The position numbers and the translations under genes were made by a program. A DNA stretch of 64,000 bases from NCBI RefSeq assembly GCF_001194135.2, contig NC_068983.1:21039074-21103073 (forward strand). Reading direction: 5' to 3'. Of this stretch, positions 24,421 through 37,219 are shown piece by piece. The DNA is from Octopus bimaculoides. Taxonomy: Eukaryota. The notes under the pieces are model-generated. The model did no database searches and was not told the DNA's origin. It was given only the letters and a program-made list of their open reading frames with translations. Each line of letters opens with the position of its first letter. Positions within the stretch are counted from its first letter, which is position 1.

Positions 24421-24944
24421 NNNNNNNNNNNNNNNNNNNNNNNNNNNNNNNNNNNNNNNNNNNNNNNNNNNNNNNNNNNNNNNNNNNNNNNNNNNNNNNN
24501 NNNNNNNNNNNNNNNNTATATATCAGTTGAATAAAGTTAAAGCCCGGTCTGGTTCTCACGTTTTCTTTTAATGGTATTTTAACATAGAAAAATAAATATT
24601 TTGTAATGCGTATAAAGTTAAATTAGCGCTTTCATACAAAGAGGCAATCATCAGATTTCAAACGTGTTTAACTGACAGTTGAGTTCTTGACAACTTTAGT
24701 ACGTCTTAGAACACTCCAACATGCTTAATGTTTAGAGTACGATTTTCACCAATCCGCATGCAACTTAAACATCACGGTTTGCCTGGCGTACTGATATTCT
24801 GTAATTTGTTTAAATTTATATGCTAGAGATATTTTTTTATTCCACATCATTAATCGGTCGTTATATTTTTGCTTTAACTTTATTCAACTGATATATCATT
24901 CTATACATGTTCATACAAATCCGAAACAATATGTATATAAACTC

Positions 24945-25345
24945 TTTACTCTCTTTTACTCATTTCCTTGTTACAGTCATTTGACTGTGGCCATGCTGGA
25001 GCACCGCCTTTAGTTGAGCAAATCGACACCAGGACTTATTCTTTGTAAGCCTAGTACTTATTCTATCGGTTACTTTTGCCGAGCCGCTAAGTTACGGAGA
25101 TGTAAACTCACCACCATCGGTTGTCAAGCGATGTTGGGGGAACAAACACAGACACACAAACCACATATATATAAATATACATATATACTACGGGCTTCTT
25201 TCAGTTTCCGTCTACCAAATCCACTCACAAGGCTTTGGTCGACCCAAGGCTATAGTAGAAAACACTTGCCCAAAGTGCCACGCAGTGGGACTGAACCCAG
25301 AACTATCTGGTTGGTAAACAAGCTACTTACCACACAACCACCATA
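24945..25345 (-). mobile_element. Full-length SINE family C/A (tRNA head, CORE-like domain, internal microsatellite, LINE-like tail)
   Basis: The minus strand reads head (GTGTGGTAAGTAGC..GGGTTCAGTCCC), GTGGCACTTTGGGCAAGTG (similar to the CORE motif ACCTTGGGCAAG), a (TA)/(TG) tract, then GGCGGTGCTCCAGCATGGCCACAG. Confidence 0.9.
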
Positions 25346-26343
25346 TAAACACATATATACCCAGTCGCACACAATCCTCATTATCTCCCTTTTTCAACTT
25401 TGTAATTAAACTTCAATTTATTACCTCACATGTCTACCCCACTCAACAAAATGGCCTACTCCTAAACGCATGTTACTTGGACGACTCACTTTTTCCGTGT
25501 TCTTTCTCTCTCACTCTTTCTCTCTTCTCTCTCTCGTTGTTTCTGACTCTTTCTTTCTCTCCTTGTGGGTTTTCTTTGCGTTGAAAGCCAAATGAGCTCG
25601 AAACATCGGACCTTTCTTTCGTTATTAAGAAGCAGTTTGAAACTAATCTGACTTTATGGTGTTAAATGTTACCATTGAAGTGTTAAACTAATACCATATT
25701 TTTCATACTTTGTACTTCCTATGTTCAGCATTCCAATGCTAATTTTCTTAATTTTATATATACATATAAGTATTTCAATACATACATGTGTGTCTGTGCA
25801 TATATATATATATNNNNNNNNNNNNNNNNNNNNNNNNNNNNNNNNNNNNNNNNNNNNNNNNNNNNNNNNNNNNNNNNNNNNNNNNNNNNNNNNNNNNNNN
25901 NNNNNNNNNNNNNNNNNNNNNNNNNNNNNNNNNNNNNNNNNNNNNNNNNNNNNNNNNNNNNNNNNNNNNNNNNNNNNNNNNNNNNNNNNNNNNNNNNNNN
26001 NNNNNNNNNNNNNNNNNNNNNNNNNNNNNNNNNNNNNNNNNNNNNNNCATTCTTGTATCTACACACATATTTGCAGGTATGAATATATGTATACATACAC
26101 ATACATAACTATATATATGTGTGTGTGTGTGTGTGTGTAGTTATCTATTTATCTATGTGTATATGTTTGTGTGTGTGTGTGTGTACAAACGTGCACACAC
26201 ACCCACACGTATGAGTGCATATGTCAAGTTTGTACACATACATACATACTTACATACGTACACATACATACATACCTATATATATACATATATATTTACA
26301 CACGTACATACGTACATACCTACATACCTACATACAATTTACC

Positions 26344-26383
<40 letters not shown>

Positions 26384-26669
26384 CTCACACACACAAACGG
26401 TGTTTATTGTCGCTGGTTGTCTCTCTGTTTTGGTAGAAGAATAGATGAAATCTGAAAAGACAAATGATCAAGATAATTAAAAGGAAGCCGTGTCTTCAGA
26501 AATGTATGTAAACGGATGTCGTAGTCTGTGCTACGTCAAAGAGAAACAAGTGTTTGCTAACGTATAATTCGGAATTGTCCATATTAACTGATCTTCCTTG
26601 TTTTAATGAGCTTAACAAAACTTTCTACAGTCTTGAGATTTTCCGGCTTACGAGCGCCAGCTTCTTCTG

Positions 26670-26670
26670 C

Positions 26671-26704
<34 letters not shown>

Positions 26705-26775
26705 AATGTTATTGATACAGATTGATGATGGTGGTGATGATGATGATGATGACGACGACGTTGATGACAATGATG

Positions 26776-26837
<62 letters not shown>

Positions 26838-27045
26838 GACGATGATGATCATAATCATGATGATGACAACGATGATCTACTGCTACTAGTACTACTACTT
26901 CTACTTCTACTTCCGCCTACACTACAACTAGCACCTGAACCGCCAATACCACTACTAGAACCGCCACCAGCTCAGCTACCATTATAAATGAAACAACTGC
27001 AACGGCTGCCAACATCACCTACTACTACTACTACTACTACTACTG

Positions 27046-27096
<51 letters not shown>

Positions 27097-27382
27097 TTAC
27101 TGCTGCTGCTGCTGCTGCTACTACTACTACTACTACTACTACTGCTGCTACTACTGCGACATTCACCAGTCCATAACTACTGCGGCAATTATCCTCTACG
27201 ACCCCCGCTAGTACAACTTTCTCCACAACTACTACTCTAACCACCACTATCATCAACCCAACCCCCAAATAAAACACAATTGCTGCTGCTGCTGCTTCTA
27301 CAACAACTGCTACTGCTACTACTACTACCATCATGACCACCATTATTACCCTTACTACCACCACTACTACAGCTACTACTAT

Positions 27383-27432
<50 letters not shown>

Positions 27433-27539
27433 TCAGCCCCACTGAACCATGACACTGTTGCAATTATCATTTACAACTCCTACAAATGTGACCATCTCTA
27501 CAACTACTACCACCTCCACTACTACCAGTAACAGTGGCG

Positions 27540-27582
<43 letters not shown>

Positions 27583-27656
27583 CGGTAGTAGTAGTAGTAG
27601 TAGTAGTAGCAGTAGCAGTAGCAGTAGTAGTAGTAGTAGTACTAGTAGTAGTAGCG

Positions 27657-27690
<34 letters not shown>

Positions 27691-27716
27691 TAGTAGTAGT
27701 AGTAGTAGTAGTAGCG

Positions 27717-27761
<45 letters not shown>

Positions 27762-27891
27762 CCACTACCATCATGATCACCATCTACATCCACTATTACA
27801 GCTACTACTGCTACAAAAACAACCGAAACTGCCATCACTGCTACTACTGCTGCGGCAGCTGGTGGTGCTGCTGCTGCTGCTACTACTACTA

Positions 27892-27970
<79 letters not shown>
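26670..27970. repeat. 1.3-kb compound trinucleotide region: (GCT)n, (GAT)n, (ACT)n, (AGT)n, (ACT)n
   Basis: Direct reading; it accounts for the poly-D/T/S/V/Y/L ORFs. Confidence 0.95.
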
Positions 27971-28089
27971 ATGTGTTATGGAATATGTGTGTAACGTGGC
28001 GGTTTTAGGATGACTCAGTTGCTATTTCTCATACAATGAACGTCTAGTTACAGACTTCTTCAATAGCTCCGTTCAAGATAGTATATTTT

Positions 28090-28312
28090 AAGGCGGCGAG
28101 CTGGCAGAATCGTTTAGCACGCCGGGTGAAATGCTTAGCGATATTTCGTCTGTCATAACGTTTTGAGATCAAATTCCACCGAGGTCGACTTTGCCTTTCA
28201 TTCAATCGAGGTCGATAAATTAAGTACCAGTTGCATACTGCAGTCGATCAAATCGACTGGCTCCCCTCCCCCCACCCAAAAAAATTTCGAGTCTTGTGCC
28301 TAGAGTAAAAAA
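28090..28312 (+). mobile_element. SINE family B (B2-type), full length
   Basis: AAGGCGGCGAGCTGGCAGAATCG through GTCTTGTGCCTAGAGT. Confidence 0.9.
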
Positions 28313-28718
28313 GAATATAGTATATTTTCGACCTGAAGGTCCAAAATATCTGTGAGCTGTGATATCTCGATCTATTCGCAGAATGCAAGTTCGTATATTT
28401 AGTAGGCATTTTTTGGTTTGTAACAGTTCTGCCGAAAAAAATCTTGTTCTACAATTCTTCCATTTGTATAGACACAGAGGGCAGTTTGTGGATTTCTCTA
28501 CGAATGTTAATTCTGAGAAACGGAGTTGGTAGCTCGATTAGGATTTAATTTTCATGTGCTTGACGTTATGAATATACAGATAACCACAGGCTATTAAAAA
28601 CAATACAATAGAGACCTACAAGATTGTTTCTAATATACCATTTTGTGTCGTTTGTCATTTCAACGATAGCTATAAAGCATACTTTGATTTGGCAAAAAAG
28701 AGATAAAATATTAAACAT

Positions 28719-28878
28719 AGGCGCAAACATATGTGTGGGTAACAAGTTTGCTTCTCAACCATATGGTTTCGGGTTCAGTCCCACTGCGTGGTATCTTGGG
28801 CAAGTGTCTTGTATAGCTTCAGGCTGAAGAAAGCTTTGCCAGCCGATTTGATTCAGGGAAATAGAAAGAAGTCTGCCT

Positions 28879-28880
<2 letters not shown>
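28719..28880 (+). mobile_element. SINE family C/A, 5' half
   Basis: GGGTTCAGTCCCACTGCGTGGTATCTTGGGCAAGTGTC, followed by (TG)n(TA)n. Confidence 0.85.
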
Positions 28881-28922
<42 letters not shown>

Positions 28923-28929
28923 CGCGTGC

Positions 28930-28970
<41 letters not shown>

Positions 28971-30764
28971 TTTATCTGTATGTATGTATGTCAATATGTA
29001 TGTGTATGTATATATGTATGTGCGTCTTGAGAAGAGTCATCCGTCGCACGGGTTCAAGCCATCACACCTTGTTTTGGAGTGTCTTTAGCAGAGTCTATTC
29101 TGTTGCAAGTATTTGGGCCTCGTCCTCATTCTATCTATACCGTACAACGACGCAACAATGCCTAAGACCTTTAAAGTGTATGAAATTCCATACCATCTTA
29201 TTATAAGATATCACTCCCCGCATATGATCATTATTTTACGTATACCTGCCCCATGATTTCTCAACGTATTGGGGGCCATATTACCTTTAGGAAGCAGCAT
29301 ATACCGGATGATATCCTCTAATGCTAACACAATCTTTTATATTGCTTGCACATCCATGATGAAAGGAACTAATATGAAATGCAATAATATGCAGTAAAAC
29401 ATTAATGTTAGATTCCAATAATGACGAAGAACATTCAATCGGTCTTCGTTCTTCTGAAGATACATGAACAACTGTTAACACATGCTCGCTTCTGTTACAG
29501 CCATACCGTTCAACAACATCGTATATACAATAGCCATACAATTCAACTACACCAGAATGCCAACACCCTACTCCATGACAACGCAAAGACTAATAAACCA
29601 TTCCCAGCATATCATATTTTAATATAGCTATCATCTTCAAGGTCGCCTCATACACGTGTTTATGAGTGAATATCAAGGCAGCTAGTTTACGCCATTGAAA
29701 AGCCCCAATGTGGCGAAATGCCTATGAAGTTTATGCTGGCCATTGTTGAGGCGAGGTTTCATCTCTCTCCAGTATTTATTGTTCTTTAACACAGCATATC
29801 CATAATAGATGTTACCACAAGACAAATACGGTAGTAAATGACCTATTAACGGCATATATACATTAAGTAATATGTAAAATGGTCATTTTAATTTATTACT
29901 GCTTCAGTTCGTTATGTTGCATACATACATACTTACTTACATATATNNNNNNNNNNNNNNNNNNNNNNNNNNNNNNNNNNNNNNNNNNNNNNNNNNNNNN
30001 NNNNNNNNNNNNNNNNNNNNNNNNNNNNNNNNNNNNNNNNNNNNNNNNNNNNNNNNNNNNNNNNNNNNNNNNNNNNNNNNNNNNNNNNNNNNNNNNNNNN
30101 NNNNNNNNNNNNNNNNNNNNNNNNNNNNNNNNNNNNNNNNNNNNNNNNNNNNNNNNNNNNNNNNNNNNNNNNNNNNNNNNNNNNNNNNNNNNNNNNNNNN
30201 NNNNNNNNNNNNNNNNNNNNNNNNNNNNNNNNNNNNNNNNNNNNNNNNNNNNNNNNNNNNNNNNNNNNNNNNNNNNNNNNNNNNNNNNNNNNNNNNNNNN
30301 NNNNNNNNNNNNNNNNNNNNNNNNNNNNNNNNNNNNNNNNNNNNNNNNNNNNNNNNNNNNNNNNNNNNNNNNNNNNNNNNNNNNNNNNNNNNNNNNNNNN
30401 NNNNNNNNNNNNNNNNNNNNNNNNNNNNNNNNNNNNNNNNNNNNNNNNNNNNNNNNNNNNNNNNNNNNNNNNNNNNNNNNNNNNNNNNNNNNNNNNNNNN
30501 NNNNNNNNNNNNNNNNNNNNNNNNNNNNNNNNNNNNNNNNNNNNNNNNNNNNNNNNNNNNNNNNNNNNNNNNNNNNNNNNNNNNNNNNNNNNNNNNNNNN
30601 NNNNNNNNNNNNNNNNNNNNNNNNNNNNNNNNNNNNNNNNNNNNNNNNNNNNNNNNNNNNNNNNNNNNNNNNNNNNNNNNNNNNNNNNNNNNNNNNNNNN
30701 NNNNNNNNNNNNNNNNNNNNNNNNNNNNNNNNNNNNNNNNNNNNNNNNNNNNNNNNNNNNNNNN

Positions 30765-30828
<64 letters not shown>

Positions 30829-30834
30829 GTATAT

Positions 30835-30981
30835 ACGAAAGGCTTCTTTCAGCTTCTTTTTACGAAATCTGCTTACAAGGCTATAGTAGAAGATACTTGG
30901 CCAAGAAGTTACTGTTACACAGTGGGACTGAACCCGAAACCATGTAGAAAGGAAGGATGTTTCTTACCGCACAGCCACCCT
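30835..30981 (-). mobile_element. SINE family C/A, 5' half
   Basis: GGCTATAGTAGAAGATACTTGGCCAAG..CAGTGGGACTGAACCC; its microsatellite runs into the gap ending at 30764. Confidence 0.8.
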
Positions 30982-31395
30982 TATGCATGTGTATGTGTGG
31001 GTGTGGGTGGTTTGTGGGTATGTGTGTGTAGTTATGTATGTATACATGTATATACTCACGCATATGTAAATATGTTACTGGTCATAATTTTGGGTGAATT
31101 TCTAAACAAACATGTAGTGATCTTTTTATTCTCATCAAACGGAAGTAACATAAAGGACGAGTCTCCTTTCATTCATGTCTCTGCTCAAGAAGAGAAACGT
31201 TTTGAAATAACTATTTAAATCAATCAAAATTAACGCCTAGTTGCAAACGTGATTAACCTGTATTCGTGGGTGATGTGGTTAAACAATTGATATTAATTCG
31301 CAAACAGCATATGTTAAATTCCTAAAAGAAACTGCAATGTAGTTAAACTGTGAGCAGATGTAAAATACACTTGATAGTCTCTCTGTACCCGCGCG

Positions 31396-31432
<37 letters not shown>

Positions 31433-31895
31433 GATATGTAACTTTCGCAGTTTGTTGACTACTCATGTGACGAAGTACTTGAAACTATCAATCTATATCT
31501 ATATATACATAGAAGCATAGAACAAACACGGTAATACGTACAGAGACCATATTACACACACACGCAAATATATACATAGAAATTTACATACATACATACA
31601 AACATACATATGCATACATATGTGTATATGTGTGTGTGTGTGTGTAGTTATGCAACTGTATCTATGTATGTATGTATGTATGTTTCTTTGTATGCAGTAC
31701 CTTAATTATTCATTGCTATCACGTGCATCAGTTGCATCGTAATTCATTTGTCCTTCAAATGTAAACAAGTAAGTTGCCGCAAAGCCTTAAACTCTCTTTC
31801 GTGGTTGCTTTATTGTTTATTTAGGAGAAAGGAAGAAAAACGAGCGAACGAAAGAAAGAATGACAGAGGAAGAGAGAAAGAGAGGGAGAGAGAGA

Positions 31896-31934
<39 letters not shown>

Positions 31935-33925
31935 AAACAGAGAGAATGTAAGAGTTAAACGTTCATAGCCTGGTTTTATTTTTGGTGCAGTTATTGGCTT
32001 TGATTTTGCTTAAATAAGTGTTATTGTGCTCTTGAGATTTCGTTTCCAATTTGGATTCACGTGGGTTGGTGAATTATCCCACACTGATGCAGCATTGACC
32101 AAATGTCAGTTTCAAATGTTACAGTTTACATCAATTTAGCGTACGTAATTATGTTAATAATTCTCTTGTGAGCTTTCAAATTGCTTTATGACAATTTACT
32201 AGCGACAGAACTTTATAACTGATATATGCCTTACTTTGAGTTAACACATAGAGAAGAGAACTTGTACCTTCACTTGGGTACATGTGTATGGCTCCGTATT
32301 TGAAAGAGCATGTGAGTGTATGTGAGCGTATATGTGTGTATGCATGTGTAAATGTGTATGCGTGTGTGTGTGTAATAAATACGACTGCAAATTCAAAAGT
32401 TAAAGGTTTTCTATAGACAGACTTGAATTGTTCTCAATGTAACTCCTCAATGCCTGCAAACTCTTGAGAAAATCTTAAGTTTGTTTTAGAGTTGATTGGT
32501 AAGTAACTTCATCTGAGACAGAATTTAGGATATGAAACAAGGATATAGAATAATCTTATAATTAGATTCTTCAGCAATTTTAAGCTCATTGATCATAGGT
32601 TTCTGTTACCACAATTCAATAGAGAATAATCGATTTTTTCTTTTCTTCCTCCTTTTTCTACCATCCCTAAAATCTGTCTCAAAACAATACAGTAAGTAGT
32701 AAACAGGCTTTTAACCTTTTTTTATATTTTTTTCTACACTCCTTAAAAAGACCAATTCAATACAGTGGCCCTTCTTTCTTTCTCTCTCTCTCTCTCTCTT
32801 TTACCACATCCATTTCTCTATCTGTCTGACTATCAGTCTATCTATCTATCGCTCTATCTGCCTATCTATCTATCTATTTGATTATACATCTTCCATTGTC
32901 TCCAAAGCCTAACCCCCAAAAAACAAAAAAACAAAACAATGTTGTTATAAACNNNNNNNNNNNNNNNNNNNNNNNNNNNNNNNNNNNNNNNNNNNNNNNN
33001 NNNNNNNNNNNNNNNNNNNNNNNNNNNNNNNNNNNNNNNNNNNNNNNNNNNNNNNNNNNNNNNNNNNNNNNNNNNNNNNNNNNNNNNNNNNNNNNNNNNN
33101 NNNNNNNNNNNNNNNNNNNNNNNNNNNNNNNNNNNNNNNNNNNNNTATATATATACATATGTGCATATATGTATAGCGCGCACGCGCTTGACAACCAGTG
33201 TTGATTTGTTTATGACCGTCTAAATTAGCAGATGTGTATTGATAATGGTGATGATGGTGCTTTGTGTAAGATATAGTAAGAGCAATAGCAACAGTTGTAG
33301 TGGTTGCAGCAGCCACGCTAACGTTTGGATATCGATTGCCTGAACATTGGAGAAGGATTAAATTTCAAATTAAGAATATTGCTGCATATTAATGAAGTGG
33401 AATTATTTATTAAAATCGTCTGACTCGGAACGGACAGTGATTCTGGAACATCCACTACTTTCTCTCTCCTTTGTTTTCTTCTTCATCGCGTGATCGGTGG
33501 AAGTGGACGGTATGTAGATAATGATAATAATAATTATAGTGTATGTGTTAGTGATAATACCACACACATATGAGTATGTATATGTATGTATTTGCGTGTA
33601 TATATATATATATATATATATANNNNNNNNNNNNNNNNNNNNNNNNNNNNNNNNNNNNNNNNNNNNNNNNNNNNNNNNNNNNNNNNNNNNNNNNNNNNNN
33701 NNNNNNNNNNNNNNNNNNNNNNNNNNNNNNNNNNNNNNNNNNNNNNNNNNNNNNNNNNNNNNNNNNNNNNNNNNNNNNNNNNNNNNNNNNNNNNNNNNNN
33801 NNNNNNNNNNNNNNNNNNNNNNNNNNNNNNNNNNNNNNNNNNNNNNNNNNNNNNNNNNNNNNNNNNNNNNNNNNNNNNNNNNNNNNNNNNNNNNNNNNNN
33901 NNNNNNNNNNNNNNNNNNNNNNNNN

Positions 33926-34076
33926 NCGTACAGGTATGTACGTACCGGCATCCACCTGTATGTATAGGTGCATATCTGGGTACAGGACATTGCAAACAAA
34001 ACGTAGACGAGAAAACACACAAGCCACATAGAGAACATTCTACTTCATCAGCTACCCCCGTTTTAACACCGGCGTT
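33926..34076 (-). mobile_element. Family F repeat, 3' part
   Basis: Near-identical to the reverse complement of 8166-8330; retains CTGATGAAG. Confidence 0.85.
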
Positions 34077-34380
34077 ATATATATATACATATATGTACAT
34101 ATATATTTGAAAGCGATGTAGATACATACATAGATGCGTATGCATTGCATATATATGCATAATACGTGCATATATATACAACCAAAAATGCATATATATG
34201 TATATGCACATGCCTATGTATATGCACGTATATATTTATATAATATGTATATTTACATATAAGCATTATTTATAGACATCCATGTAAATATATATATGTA
34301 TCTATATGTATACACACACATATATATGTAACTTTCAAATAAACAAAAAACTACGGAGACAGTAAGGAAGCTATTATGCG

Positions 34381-34411
<31 letters not shown>

Positions 34412-34507
34412 TTGTGTGTGTATGTGTGTTTGTGTGTGTGTGTGTTGATATATATATTGTAGTTGATGCAAACGACGTTATTATTATCATCATTATTATT
34501 ATTATTA

Positions 34508-34572
<65 letters not shown>

Positions 34573-34576
34573 GTTA

Positions 34577-35125
34577 AGGCGGTGAGCTGGCAGAATCATA
34601 AGCACTCCGAGCAAAATGCTTAACGGCATTTCGTCCGTCTTTAGGATCTGAGTTCAAATTCCGCCGAGACCAACTTTGCCTTTCATCCTTTCTGGGTCAA
34701 TGAAATAAGTACGAGTTATGCAGAATTATGCACTCGGGGTTGATGTAATCTACTTATCCCATCCCCTAAAATTTCAGGCCTTGTGCCTATAATAGAAAAG
34801 ATTATTATCGTGGTTGTTGGAGTTGTTATTGTTTCTGTTGTTGTGTTTGTTGTTGTTGTCGTTGTTATGTCAGTTCATAAGGCAGTGGATTGGCAGCAAA
34901 ATCTTCATATTGTCTGACCAAATACTTTGCAATATTTCTTCCGGCTCTCTACATTTATGAGTTCAAATCATGTCGAGGTTAACTTTGCCTTTCATCTCTC
35001 TCTCTCTCTCTATGTCTCTCTCTTGGGAACGATAAAATAAAGTACCAATTAAATACTGGGGGTCGATGTAATCGTCTCTACCCCCATCTCCCAAAATTGC
35101 TAGTCTTGTACCTAAATTAGAGGTG
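34577..35125 (+). mobile_element. Two SINE family B (B2-type) copies; the second has a (CT)n expansion in its central domain
   Basis: 34577-34800 and about 34880-35125, each with B-box GAGTTCAAAT and a GGCC/AGTCTTGT..CTA tail. Confidence 0.85.
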
Positions 35126-35623
35126 TTTATTAGGTCGATGGATGTTATAATTGATATAGCCACGGACAAAATACTTTGTTGTATTTAGTTCCAATCGTTT
35201 AGATGCTGAGATTAAATTGCTCCAAAGTCAGCTCTGCCTTTCATCCTTCGTTCATCGATAAGGTAAATTACCGACCACGTTGTTGTCATCCATTATTATC
35301 TTTCTGAAAGCTGTAGCCGTGTGCATAATTGACAAATCATTACTATTATCCTGAAACGGGTATATAGCAGATCGGTAGAGTGTTGGATAAGTCGTTTTAT
35401 TTTCTGAGCTTAATTCCTATAGGGGTTAAAATCGCCTTTCATCAAACCAGGGTCAATAAAATAGATACAAATCAAATAGTGGAATCGATTTAATAGAATT
35501 TCTCTCTCTCCACCTTTCCTAAGCATGCTGCGTGTTAGAAAGATTCTATTCCGTAACACGCTGCAATCCACACCGAAAATCACGCACGCATACTCATATA
35601 CTCTCATACAAGACACACACATA

Positions 35624-35675
<52 letters not shown>

Positions 35676-36171
35676 TGCACATACACATGCAGAGGCATAC
35701 AAATACACGCTTTTATGTGTCAGTCCTTTTGTGTGTATCATTTCTGGTTGATGTGGCAGTTAAATATACCTCCATTAATGTATCATGTCCGTAGCAAATT
35801 GACAAAGTTATTAAGAATGCCAAAGAAAATACCAATCTGTATCTAGTTGCGGATCTTCCTGTTTTGATTTCAAGTACAGCCGAGGTCGACTTTACCTTTT
35901 ATTGTTCCATGGTCAAATACTGATGTCGACAAAACAACTACTTCTCCTGAAACCATCATCTGAAAACAATATCCTTGCCTTGTGCCTACATAAGGTGAAG
36001 AATTAGTAGATTCCCAAGAGCTCTTTTCTTGTATGTTTCCTCCTTTTTTTCGATAAAACACCTTTCTGTGTAATTTTCAATCATTGCGTTCTGAATTCTA
36101 ACTTATCCAATGTCAACTTTACCTTTCGTTCTTTGAGGTTCTAGAAATAAGGGACCTGTCATGTATTAGTA

Positions 36172-36263
<92 letters not shown>

Positions 36264-36519
36264 TTTCTTTCTTTCTCTCTTATTCTTTCAATCTCTCCCA
36301 GAAGCATGCTGGTCTCTGTAAGGATCAAAACTAATCTCTTACTGTATCCATGTTCTCCAAGAAATGGTGGTGAAATTAAGATAGGAGCCAGCAATCCCTT
36401 TATGTTTATCATAATATTTATCCCGTCTAAAGGAAATAGATAACTCATTGGATTTCTTCGACTTGATGTGCTGAACAGCAAGGAATGGTTTACAAAAATC
36501 TACGATTTGATCATTCAAT

Positions 36520-36681
36520 ATGAGTGATAAGTAGCTTCCTTACCAACCACATGGTTCTGGGTTCAGTCCCACTGCGTAGCACCTTGGGCAAGTATCTTCT
36601 ACTATAGCCTCGGACTGACCAAAGCCTTGTGAGTGGATTTCGTTGACACAAACTGAAAGAGGCCTGTCGTATATATATATA
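36520..36681 (+). mobile_element. SINE family C/A, 5' half running into an N-gap
   Basis: GGGTTCAGTCCCACTGCGTAGCACCTTGGGCAAG...GGCCTGTCGTATATAT, then the gap. Confidence 0.9.
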
Positions 36682-37219
36682 NNNNNNNNNNNNNNNNNNN
36701 NNNNNNNNNNNNNNNNNNNNNNNNNNNNNNNNNNNNNNNNNNNNNNNNNNNNNNNNNNNNNNNNNNNNNNNNNNNNNNNNNNNNNNNNNNNNNNNNNNNN
36801 NNNNNNNNNNNNNNNNNNNNNNNNNNNNNNNNNNNNNNNNNNNNNNNNNNNNNNNNNNNNNNNNNNNNNNNNNNNNNNNNNNNNNNNNNNNNNNNNNNNN
36901 NNNNNNNNNNNNNNNNNNNNNNNNNNNNNNNNNNNNNNNNNNNNNNNNNNNNNNNNNNNNNNNNNNNNNNNNNNNNNNNNNNNNNNNNNNNNNNNNNNNN
37001 NNNNNNNNNNNNNNNNNNNNNNNNNNNNNNNNNNNNNNNNNNNNNNNNNNNNNNNNNNNNNNNNNNNNNNNNTTTTTTTTTTTTTTTTTTTTTTTACGCA
37101 GAAACTAAACTTTTGCTTCTCGGCAATTTGGTTTGTGTTTTCTAGCAGTTGTAGTAGACTCAACCAACAACTTCAGCCAACTAGTTGTCATCATTTATAG
37201 AAAAAAATTCAAAGTGAGC

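Noticed and set aside
26706-26987. Poly-Asp ORF that might suggest an acidic biomineralisation protein
   Set aside because: It is a (GAT)n microsatellite with no signal peptide or splice context, and the other frames give equally long homopolymers.
26988-27994. Mucin-like Thr/Ser-rich reading frames
   Set aside because: They are interrupted by in-frame stops (about 27174, 27269 and 27450) and explained by decayed (ACT)n/(AGT)n.
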